64,000 nucleotides of DNA, taken from NCBI GenBank assembly GCA_964036045.1, contig OZ038378.1, positions 11,346,001 through 11,410,000 of the forward strand. Direction: 5' to 3'. Origin of the DNA: Eutreptiella sp. 'Long Island Sound 2002' (Eukaryota > Protista > Euglenida). The notes below the pieces were generated by a model. It saw nothing but the letters and a program-made list of their open reading frames with translations. It did not search any database and was not told the DNA's origin. The stretch's first letter is position 1, and each line of letters starts with the position of its first letter. This document shows positions 1-11,100 of this stretch, in pieces. The position numbers and the translations under genes are program-made.

Positions 1-66
1 GGCTGCTGCGTTCCTAACAGGTCGGCTCTACCAGCGCCAGTAGTGCCTCTTGGAGGGAGTCTGCAC

Positions 67-531
67 CTGCGGCGGCAGGTCGTCAAAGAAGTTGAAGCGG
101 TGGTCGATGTCGAGCGACACAACCGCGCACTCCCCCCCGACAAAGACGTCGGCCGGGACCGGCTCCTCCGTCACGGGGTCGGTGATGTGCCGTAGGAACA
201 GCCAGCCCACCACATCGAACGGCTGCCCAAAGGCCGTGGGGATCGCCTCGACGTTGAAGTACGCCGCCTGCAGAGGGCTCGAGAGGGTGAACATGTGCTG
301 CAGCGACACGCTGCCCACGACCCCCGGGCCACTGACGGTCAGCCACAGGACGTACGACCCGGTGATGGCGCTCACGACCGTCAGCGCGCGGAAATCCGCG
401 TTGCCGTCGGCGTCGGTGGTGGCGTTGGCGTTGCGCAGGCGGCTGCGGCACAGGACGGCGTCCTCGTGGTCCCAGTACGTGCCCCCGGCCACGAGGTGGC
501 GGTAGCAGTTGGCGGAGCGGGTCACGAGGCT
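67..531 (-). CDS. Gene A exon (SLVTRSANCYRHLVAGG...FDDLPPQ)
   Basis: Acceptor tcttcccag at 532-540, probable donor GTGCAG at 66; open frame with strong C/G third-position bias. Confidence 0.8.
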
Positions 532-3500
532 CTGGGAAGAGGAGCGGGGGGTCGGGGGTGGTGGTGGCAGTGGGCCTCAGGGGGAGTATCTGCGCCGCGC
601 GCTACCGTTACGGCGGGCGTACCCGGATTGGGTTGGCGTTTACCCCCTCCGAAAGTGCCCCCTAAGGACAGCCAACCCTTGGGGTACAAGACCTGTGCCC
701 TATCCGGCGCCTCCCGAGGGGACAGTCCATAAGATGGCCCCTGGGGAGCAACCACCACCCGGGTTTGGGGGTTCTTCCGCTGGATTGTCGATTCTTGTTG
801 CCCTTGTCCCAATGGCGGAGGGATATGACAGGTCTTCTGGCCCAGCCCCCAGCCAGTCTACAGCTGCTTGGTCGGGCCAGACGGCTAAACCTCCGCGATG
901 CACGCGCACCGCGTCAGGTGCTCCCCCTCAGGCATGTGCAGCTTGCGCATAGAAAGTCGTTGCTTGTCACCTCCGCCCTCCATTACTCAGAACACCGCCT
1001 CGGGACCTCCCGGGGGTTGTCCTGGGGATACCGCAGGCGCACTCATCGCTGTGCCATTGGGGCCCAAAGGGGGAAAGAAGTGGGGTACGGCCCGATCCTC
1101 TTGATTGAGGTCGTGTGGGGGGGGGGGGGGGGCTGTCAGCGGGGCAGGGGAGCATAGAGGCCGAGTCAGTATGCCGGTTGGGACTTCGGGGTGTACGTAT
1201 GTGTTCGCCTTTTGAGGAGGGCGTCCTCCACGGATGGGTGGGTTGGCTTGTCCACCCATTGGATTAGGGGTGAAGCGGGCGGGTTCAAAATTTGCGTGAG
1301 GTGGGGCACCCACTCATGATGTCCCAGTCTGGGACTGCCCCGCGCGCTGGCATCATGACTTTGGGGGGATGGCGCCTGGCATTTTCCGTCCCTGTGGGCA
1401 CATACCGGGGAGGGGGGGGGGGGGTCCGTGTCTTGAAAGATATGAATGTACAAAGTCTGTGCGATTTCTTAAAAATGAGCGGACACATTTATGTCAGGTG
1501 TATTATGCATTATGTACTATGCATGGTTCCCAAAAAATGCTCATGAGAAACAGTGGACGGTTGCTGTTATTTCCTGGATGGTTACTAATATTTCCTGGTG
1601 AAGTCTGGACGGTTACTGTTATCCCCTTGGGGACTCTCAATGGTTGCTGTTATTTTCTGGTGGACGTGCAAATCCTTAAAAACACCAAATGAATTGCGCA
1701 CAAAAAATTCCTACAGAATTTGAATTTTTTTTGCAGAAATTCTAACCTGAACCATCCCCCCCCCCCCCGGTATCCCGGTTTTCGACTTGGGGGGGGGGGG
1801 GGGGGTTCGATTGAAGGGTTTCCCCCCCCCTTTTTTTTGCATGTGAGTTTTTGTGTTTTGTGGGAATTATGGTGTGGGGGCTCCACCAATTGGATTGGGG
1901 CGGGTTTGATCGATGGGGCCGGGTTCCCTCCCCACACCCGAGGAGGGTGCCGCGGGGTGGGGGGGGGGAACCTGGCCGTTGACCTCCACCTCCACACGGA
2001 AGTCCCCGACCGGCAGGATGGTCGCGGTCACAGTGACGTCCGGGACCGGCCCGGAACCCTCGTCCGAGACGTGCACTTTGAACGGCCGGAAGGGCCGCCC
2101 GATCAGCGCGTCGGCGTCGGGGGTGGCGCCGAAGCTGGCCCTCGTCATCCGCAGCGAACTCGACACGAACGCCAAGTTGAAGATGGCGTAGAAGGCGATC
2201 ATCAGGATGTACACGAAGCAGGTGACGACCAGCGGGTGGAACGCCGACGTGCCCGTCACAAGGTCCAGAAAGTAGGGCACATGGGCCCGCGCGGTGGCGC
2301 CGGGGGCGTCAGCGTTGTGCGGGACGTTGACAGGGACATGCTCGACGGAGGGAGGGCTATGGGCGGCCTTCATCTCGTTCAGGCCGCTGCCATCGCTGGC
2401 CTGTGCGGTGTTGGCGCTGGGCTGCATGCCGCCCGCGCGGAGGGCAGTCCCGGTGCCACAAGACGCGTCACGCTCGCGGCCTTTGGGGGAACGAATGTGC
2501 GGCCGCACGCGCACGATGCATCCCTGCCAAAAGAAGAGGGGACCTGGGGACTGTGGCCTGTGGACTGAGGGCCGCGCGCGCATCGGCACGGCCCTCATAC
2601 GACCCCAAGTGCAACACATGCAACAGCCCTGTGTGCCCATCGTGTGCGACAGGACAGTCCCCGGACCCACCATCGTCCAATGTTCGGTTGGGCGGTGCAC
2701 GCCGAGGACTGTTAACCAGTGCCCTGCGGTGGCACACAATGCAACATTGAATCCGTTGTGGTGGGGATCACGTCTCTTGCTGCTGATGTGCCCGGTGTCC
2801 AGAACGAGCATCGCATTGCGGGGGGTGAATGATTGCCGGCCAATGAAAAGAAATGGCCTTAAAGCCCGCAGAAATTCGCCTACTTCATCCATTTTCCTCT
2901 TCCACTGTTCTGATTTTCTGGACGACAAAAACGTGCTGGACCTTCGGCGTCGCAGTAATTGTTCCCCCCCTTGGCCTGCATCATCATTACAGCAGAATCC
3001 ACGGAATGGTGTGGCGAAGGAATCCAGGTGAGGACTTGCCCTCTCTGGGAGAGCAGCCGCACCGCATGCGCACTGCGCGCACCGTGCCTGTTTTGGGAAA
3101 GAACCAGGGCCGGTGCTCTCCCCTTAGATGCCCTTAAAAAGGTCCTTGGGGGTCTCTGGAGTATGCTAGACACGGCCACCATTTACGTCATCCTTAATGG
3201 CTACATATTGCCTGCATTCTGAATGGGCAATCACCGTGGCACCTGGCCACCATTTGGTTGAGTTGAGGGTTGGTGTGAGGCCTCACAGGTAAGCGCCCCC
3301 CGTGAGTGTACGTGACTGTCACATCAGCAAGAAGCCATGACAGAGACATGGCGCTGGGTCGGCAAGAACAACACCAACAAAGTGCATACCTGGGAAGCAC
3401 AGTAGAGTACAAACAAGCAATGGCAAAGCAACCCAGAGTGTATCACCACCAATACCAACAGATAAAAACGGGGGCTGCAGAAATGTGTGTGACAGCAAGG

Positions 3501-6500
3501 AGTGGCGACACATCAGGATACGTAGCCTGCATCCATGTGTCCGCTCAAACGCAATCAATCCTCCGAACTGGGTGTGTGGGCTCTTGGTACCACCCCAACG
3601 TACGCACAGCGCACGCGCACTGTGCACGCACCGTGTCTAGGACTCCCCCCCTGACTCACACACAAAAGAGGCCCACCCCGTCTGCACTGCAGTGCATGTG
3701 GGGACCGTGTCCCATGTGGGCACTGCATGTCAACGTGCGCCAAAAAGTCGCAGTATTGCCAGGACACAACTGCAGAACGCTTGGCCACTGGAAATCCGCC
3801 ATGAGCACCAGGAGAGCCGCAGGACAGCCATCAGCTCTGCCGACTTTTGATGGCACCAAATGCTGTAAGCGTTGCGCCCACAACTACGGTATTGAACAAA
3901 CACAAACCGGGCTGCCTGTTCTTTGCGCAATGCACAAAAGGTTGTGCGGGAAACCTTGCACTGAGCGCACACTGTGCACTACTCCCCCTACATTCTTCCA
4001 ATATGGCCCTCTTTCCAAACCCCCAAAAAAGTAGCCTTTGAACAGCGCCGAGGTGAAGTGTTGCTCCCCACCTTCACACGAGCGAAATGCAATATGCGGT
4101 ATCACGATTTTGTCACATGAAAAAACGGTGGGCAGCCGCAATTTGTTCAGGGAAGATCCGAGATACACGGGGCATTCTCAACGACCTCCTCTGAGTTCCC
4201 ACAGGCAACGAGGAGGGGCCAAGACTCCACAGGTTCTGTGTAGGTCCCACGCAAAGTGCAGATGGGCCAGATCACCCAACCCAACCCCACCCTTCAGCAC
4301 GTGGGAGGCATGTTGATCCAAACAGCAAAAACCTAATCCTTGTGCAGCTCAAGAACCATGTATCACGCCCGGGGGTTCTTGAGCCCGTGCGGTGAGGATG
4401 GTGGCACCGACAGACACAAAGCAGGGGCACAACCGGATGGGGGGGCAGTACCACTAGCATTGGGTAGGCAATCATGCAAGCACCAATCACATGGCGAGCA
4501 GTGAATACACCTTCCACTGACAGCTTGTACCCTTTAATGAGGTGCTAGTACCTCATGATGCGCAGTTGGTCTGGTTCGATTCAGACAGATCACCAGCTGG
4601 AACACGCGTCCCTTATTCAGCACACGCCCTCATATAGCCTGAAGGCAAAACCTCTTGGGTTAGACATGACAGTCCGTCAGCGAACCCACCTGCAGTCAGA
4701 GCCCAGGGACCGCGGCATTGAAAACCCCCACATGCACCAGCAAACGGCCTTGGAACATTAAGTCCTTGGGTTAGAATGGCACTGCCGGGTTGTGTCCCGG
4801 CACACAAGGCTGCCTGGTCATGCATTCTGGGTTCTCCCGGCCAAGCTACCGGACTGCCTGCAGGACCACCACATGGAGGGCAGCTCAGAAAGAAAGACAA
4901 GGCTGAACGGAAAGCGAACGTGGGTGTTTTGTCCCATATGGTGCAGCAACTGCCGGCCGTTGACCACCGACGAAAGTCTGACCGTAACCGCCGTCAGTTT
5001 GCAACCAGCCAGCACGTAGTCGCAAACGTACTTGTGTCGCCGCAGGACAGCTCTCGACCGTCTGATGCCCTGGGTGTCGGTGTCTCGCTCATGCACAGCG
5101 AATTCGCCATGTCGAAATTAAATGGAACGCAGAGACCGACGCCTGGGACCTTGGGCTGAAGCCTTTTACCTTCGTTGGGAGGGTGGGGGGAGGGGGGGGG
5201 GGGGGGCGGCTGAGACGCCAAACCACTTGGGCATGTCTTCCGGTGGTGCAAAGCAGGACCAGGACCTCCAGAGTGTTTCATTATTACCGTCCGACAGCAT
5301 TCCGCTGGCGCACGCACCGATTGCCGCATGCAACCCCAGAGCCACGCCCAAGGAAACCCTGAATGAAAACCTTGCGGCGCATGCAGCATCGTGAGCATCA
5401 GCACCGCACCAGCAGCCGCGTTGACAGCCTCGGGAGGACTGAAAAGTATCCGGGGTATTGCAGAAAGCTGTCGATGCGTTGGGCCCCCAGTTCCACGGAT
5501 TGCAGCCAGAAGTGGGAGGGCGGGCCAACCAAAGGAAGCAGGGGAACGGAAAGCAACTGGGCAGTGCCAGGGATGGGCGGGGAATGAAGATTGCTGCACA
5601 GCGGAGAGAGATAGCTGATCGACCCCTCAAAGGCCAGCTAAGACAGCATCCAACCGACGGCGGATGGTCATGGGATGTCGCGTGGCCATGGGGGGGACGT
5701 CTCCTCGCTTCTGTACGCGACCCCCCCCCCAGTAGAAGTGGGCCGAAGGCCCCTGGGGGGGGGGGATTTTGGGGGGGGGGGGGCTAGCCGCCGAGGAGGG
5801 CTTCTCTAGGGGAATGGCTAGTCGCTAAGGGGGGGGGGGGGGTGAGAGGGTTAGCAGAGGTCTAGTCCAGTCTGGCAGAGACGCAGTGGCCTAAGGGGTT
5901 ACTCTACAACAACGGTGGCCTTCACTGTACCTCCTCACCAGTGCAATGGTGGTTGTAGGCGCCCACACCCCCTGCCTGGGGAGGGCCATATATATATGCT
6001 GGTCTCTGATCAAAAGTGGCTACCTCGAAATCAACATTGGCTAGCTCACCCCTGCCTTCTTGGGGGCCCGCAAGTGGGCGGAAATGCTACCTAACCCCTG
6101 CCATTCTCGGGGGTTCCCAGCGAAGGGGACAAAATTTTCGGGCGCCTTCGGCGCCACCCTATGAATGGCCCATAGCCATAGCCATGGACCCTTGGTAACT
6201 AAGTGGGCCCGGAGGGCAGGGAGGGGGGGGGGGGGGGCGTGCCAAGTCCATTCGAAATCCCCTCTCCAGCAATGGGCTGTGCCCACAGTCTTTCCGCGCC
6301 ATGCGTCCAGAACCAGCAAAGGCCGACTGGGGCCCACGTACCCACAGGAAGGGCGCATCATATGCGAGCACCGCGGCGGGGGGCTGCTTCCGGTTGGGTG
6401 CAGGTGACGGCAACAGCAGCAGCAGCAGCAGCAGCAGCCGACAACGCCGCCATGCCGGCGCCGCTACACCCCCGCCCGAAAATCCAACCAGCTGTCCTCT

Positions 6501-7930
6501 CAGGAAACCATCTTGACGACACAACTTGATACACGGGAAGGAGTTACGCCCTTTCAGCAAGGCCACAACTCCATCCTTTCGGTGAGACGCTGACGAAGGA
6601 ACGGGACCATGACTAGCTCGTCGTCCTTGTAAGCCCTTCACCACATACCTCTACCAAACGGCCCCAACCGTCCGACCAAATTGCACTCCCCCACCCCTCC
6701 CTGAAAGGGTGCCAGACACACGACACCGGGTCCTGAAGCCCGTAGTGGACTTTGCCGGTACTTTGCTGGTTAATCTTCTGAGGTTCGGTCTATATATTGT
6801 TGGTCTGTGAGCGAAACTTGTGTGGCTTGACGTGAACATATGCTTGTACCGGGAGTATATACCGGCTTCGCTTCATGCCCTTGTGGAATACCCCCCTGAA
6901 CGAGCCTGCGTCTCATCTCCGGGCTACCTGTCGAGTGGCCCTGATGCACGTCCGCGCGTGCAAGTCCGCGCGCGTGCAAGAGGCCTAATGATTACACGTG
7001 CAAAACACAGGACGACTGGGCCAGAGGGCACATTTATTACGTCAAAATCGCTCATCTGAGACATACATATCGCGAGCCCAAATTCGGTGACAACATGCCT
7101 CATTTCCGCGGAACAGGACCACGGCAGACACCGGGTTTGTTTGTTAGTCCCACTCATTCAGTTTGCCCGAGCCAATGTTGAGCAAGTGCATGGGGGCAAA
7201 AATCTGGGGCAACAACCCCCCAAACAAGTTATCCTTTTCAAAGTTCAATCACCGCATCAATGCGGGTGGGGTAACGGTTTGCGCACGGTGCAGGCCTGCG
7301 GGGGCAGGCTGAGGGTAGATTCTGGTCAAGGTCATGTGAGCCTAGTTTTGGAAGAGCTGAACACCCTGAATCCCAGCACCAACTCCACTTCCTCTCAAGC
7401 GCCCCATCCCCGGCCCATGACAAAACCGACAAGCTGCCCCCCGTGCCGTGGCCTGTTTGGTGCACCCAGGACCGTGGCCAGCGGTCAGCCGACGGTAAGT
7501 GATGATCAGGAGACGCTTGGTTGGGCCCGAAACGACAGGCATTGGTCAGAGGCGCGCCGTGATCACCTCAAAAAAAAAAAAGGTGTTCTTGACACTCGCC
7601 AACACCTGCTGAAAATTTTCTTGACACCTGTGGACACCTGCCATGGCAGTTGTTAGCTACATGTATGAGCATGACCAAGCTAGCCAACGTCAAACCATTT
7701 CCCTAAGTGCTGAACAACGGAGGCATACGTCCGGATGCCGCAGTGTCATAGATGACGTTGTATGCTTTTTGCAAAGCGGCAGCTTCCTCCAGTTTTCCTT
7801 GCTCAGTCCTTCGGATGATTTCGTTCTCCATTAGAATCCTGGATGCTTCAATGTTGCTTACATCAATCCCAGTGGAGCCCAAAATCGCTCGGATCACCAT
7901 TGATCCAACCCCGCCCCCATGAGCATACAT
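67..7930 (-). CDS. Gene A: multi-exon membrane protein of unknown function with a bacterial-Ig-like segment; 3' end probably outside the window; middle exons unresolved
   Basis: GC3-rich exons with GT-AG ends. Exon 2523-1972 (ends CAG|GTTCCC) joins in phase 0 to exon 531-67 (cccag|AGC CTC GTG). Hydrophobic helix HPLVVTCFVYILMIAFYAIFNLAFV. Motif ATTDADGNADFRALTV..GSYVL. Confidence 0.65.
575..925. repeat. Dispersed repeat, homologous to 30282-30539
   Basis: About 150-bp core (ggattgtcgatt...gtcccaatggcggagggatatgacagg...caggtgctcccc) with about 5 differences; flanks are patchier. Confidence 0.92.
1160..1296. repeat. Dispersed repeat, homologous to 25716-25840
   Basis: Shared agtatgccggttgg...ttttgaggagggcgtcctccacggat...ggggtgaagcgggcgggttcaaaa. 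Confidence 0.88.
1972..2523 (-). CDS. Gene A exon (GCIVRVRPH...TM helix...VEVNGQ); alternative acceptor at 2400
   Basis: Pyrimidine-rich acceptor ctcttcttttggcag, donor GTTCCC, length 552 (phase 0 to 0), GC3-rich codons. Confidence 0.75.
2700..2945 (-). CDS. Probable gene A exon (SRKSEQWKRKMDEVGEFLRALRPFLFIGRQSFTPRNAMLVLDTGH); boundaries approximate
   Basis: Protein-like stretch in the same frame as the next exon; splice sites not fixed. Confidence 0.4.
4860..5070 (-). CDS. Probable gene A exon (VLRRHKYVCDYVLAGCKLTAVTVRLSSVVNGRQLLHHMG...); boundaries approximate
   Basis: GC3-rich codons in this frame only; phases to neighbouring exons unresolved. Confidence 0.45.
7729..7930 (-). CDS. Probable first coding exon of gene A (MYAHGGGVGSMVIRAILGSTGIDVSNIEASRILMENEIIRR...DTAASG)
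   Basis: Acceptor ttttgcag at 7941, ATG 10 nt downstream, donor GTATGC at 7728; protein-like helical composition. Confidence 0.6.
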
Positions 7931-8164
7931 GACGCCACCGCTGCAAAAATTTGGTTGACACCTGCCAAAACCCTTGATGACACCTGCCAACACCATGCCA
8001 TGGCAGGTGTTAGCCTCATGTCTGGTCCCGCGCAGTGTGCGCTATGATTGCACCGCGCACTAATGCTGCGGTGGACGGCAGGCGGGTGTGAGCCTGATGG
8101 AGGGGCGCGACTGCCCATGTGGCTCCATTGAGGCTCCCGCCTGTTCAGGGACTGCCGCACTGCC

Positions 8165-11100
8165 TCAGGGACTGGGGGTCTCCTCGGCGTCGGTGGGACT
8201 CCCCGCAGCCGCAGCCGGATCGGTGACCTGGATCTTAGGCTCTTCGCCCGCCGTCGGTGGCGGCAGCGGCGAACTGTAAAGTGGAAGTGGACGCGCACCG
8301 CTGACGGACGTCCGACGGGAGCATCAGGCTCCACCACGTGCAAGCCTCAGCTCCACCCCAAACTCGTGGTATGCCCAACGCCGCCATCGATCACAGAGGG
8401 TGCGTCAGGGGGGGGGGGGGGTTTGGCGGCTTGTTGAGGGCGATGAGGGGTTGTTGGGGGTCGATAAAGTGGGCGTACAGAGACTTGGCTGCCGGTGCCC
8501 CCGCTCTCGGGCGGTGGGGTCCCACCCACAAGAGCGCAAAGACTGCAATGGATTGTTTAAAGTGTGGCCATGCACCCTGGCGTCACTGACATTGGTACTG
8601 TACTCCTCATCCTGCTTCCTGCAACAGACCCTGACCCTAACCTCGACTTTGGCGCTGAGGGCATGGCAGGGATGCATTGGGGCCGGCTTGCGAAGAGTTG
8701 TTGAGAAGTTGTTGGCAGGCGTTGCGCGTGTCGTCTTTGGATGTCTGCAGGTCAGAGGTCATCGTTGTAGGCACGGATGGGGGGACAGAGCTTGCTGTTG
8801 GTTTCACCCGCATGCCTGCAAGCATAAAAGGGACTCTCTGCAGTTGCGACAGGGGTTGTTGTTTGCGGGCCATGCATTGACTTTGGGATTCTTGTGGTGA
8901 TGAATAATGGTGAGTAGAAATCCTGGGTAACCTCACCCCGTTGTGCGCTTCGCACATGCTAGAGTTACGGATGCATGCATACCTCTCTTTTAAGGAAGCA
9001 TGTAGCAGAATGGGACAAGAAATGTGCAGGCCAAGACAGGGGACACAGGCAACCACCCACCCACCCAGCCACCCTAATACATCCCTGCCGTGAATCCATC
9101 AGCACTCATACCCCAAAAAGCGCCGCACCCCAGGGGGGGGTAAGGGGGGTGGTTGGACACCCACCCACCCAGAAAACACCCACTCCGCCCCCCGTCCCGT
9201 AGGCCGAACACGAAGCCCATCCCTGGGGTGGGGTGACGGGGTCACCTGGAGACAAAAACAGCTCAAAAATGTTTCATTTTCGCAGTTGCCATGACGGAAT
9301 TGTTGTTGCTGTAGCGGGCGGAGGTCTGCACGTCCCACATGGAGCATACACAACGGTCGCAGTGACACGGACGCTGCTGCACTTCAGGTTGCGTTTCCAA
9401 ATTCTATTCGCGGCTTTGCAGCTCGCATTCACCACTTTGGGATCGACAATTTGCAAAAGAGTGGCAGGCGTTGGCAGGCGTTGTCTGTCAGCGTGGCAGG
9501 GTTGTCCCGAAATTGCCGCTTAGGCTATTTAGTGGCACTTGAAAATTTCGAAAACTCGACTTTTTCCGACGTTTCGGCAAAAATCGAATTTTCAACATTC
9601 TTCAAATGCCACTAAATAGCCTAAACAACAGCAATTCCGGGGCTTTCGGGGTGCCCATGGCCCGGGCCACATGGGCCTAGCGGCCACTACGTGCATCCCC
9701 ACAGGGATAGGTCTTGGGTGCACAGGGACTGTGCCCAGGCGTGACAGGGGCTGCCTGTAGCCGTGACCAGGGTTGTCTGTAGGGGGTGACAGTCGTTGCT
9801 ATCGAGGGGACAGGGCTCCCAGGGGGGTCGAGGGATGGTGCCCGGGTTGTAGACACCGCACACTGTTTGCGGACACCGTGGCCACTTTGCAGATACCGTG
9901 CGCGGGTTGTAGACGTTCTGCGCGATTTGTGGGCCCTGTGTACAGTTGTAGATGCCGTGCATACTTCCGCAATCTGCAGTGCCGGGCATACAGTACATGC
10001 CCGGACTGAACACGCGCATAAGCGGTGCACACGCGTATGCCACATCCGCGCGTGTATGCGATATGCCACTGTACGCGTGCCTCCGGTGACAGTCTTGGTA
10101 TTGGCGCGGGACACAGGGTTTTGAAGCCCACATTCACCTGTTCTCAGTTGGTGCAGGGACTGGGGGCTGTGGGGCACCCTCTGCGTCGGTGCTGGGGCCA
10201 GAGGACTGTCCGTCGGACGCGGGAGACGCCGAAGGGGACGATGATGACGATGATGCGGGATCCCCCGCCACCTTCTTCGCATCGCCCTGCAATGCGGCAA
10301 CACGTGCTGGACAAGGAACTGCACATCAACTGCCCTGGGCCTCGGGCTGTGTCGCAGTGTTCAAGCCACTCAGAGGCGGGTTCAGTACTCCGAGACGGGG
10401 GGGGGGGGGGTCATGACCTCAATCCAAATGGAGTAGCCTGGCGCCCGCCCCTCCCGCGCTGCTATGGTGATGGGAGTGCAAATGGCTGTCTTATGCACCA
10501 GATCAACGCAGCACATCACTGGAGCAGACCACAAGGGGATCACCATCCATCTCCCGCCACCTTGGCTTCCTTCTCAGGTGACCCCTGCCCCCCCCCCACC
10601 CATAAAGGAAGGAAGGAAAGGTAAGCAACACGTATTCCTTTGCCCCACAGACAGGCAAAAGGCGCCTCGGGCCGTTTTCGGCTCTTGACAAGCGTTTCTG
10701 TCCTCCTCTTGTGGCCGTGCATGTGCTTACGTTAAGACACTCACGCGCAAGGGGGGCGGCCTGTTCGAATGTTGACCCCCAACCGTGTTCAAGAAATTTT
10801 GAGGGTCCGAAGGGTTGGGGGGGGGGGGGGGGGCTGTTGGTGGTGGGGGGGGGGCGGTGGGTACCCCGTCATACATGCCCCAAAATGATCCCCATGACGC
10901 GCTGATCATTTTGAACATACACAAGTGGGGTGATATTGTTTTCAAAAGTAATCTTTTTTCCACCCATCAGCTCAGGGCTCCAACGGCGCCAAGGTCCGAC
11001 CCCGAGGTTGAGTCGGGGGTCAAAAATTTTTTTTTAGGTTTTTCACCCATTTTTGAATTCTCCAAAAAAAAATTCGAATCCAGAACCCCAATCCCCCCCT

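Noticed and set aside
6565-6635. Coding-like stretch AYKDDELVMVPFLRQRLTERME as a gene A exon
   Set aside because: Plausible, but no canonical acceptor gives the phase needed to join exon 7930-7729; left unannotated.
10189-10416. Plus-strand ORF with a DDDDDD run
   Set aside because: Antisense of kinase exon 13 (Ser-rich on the minus strand), which fits the splice phases.
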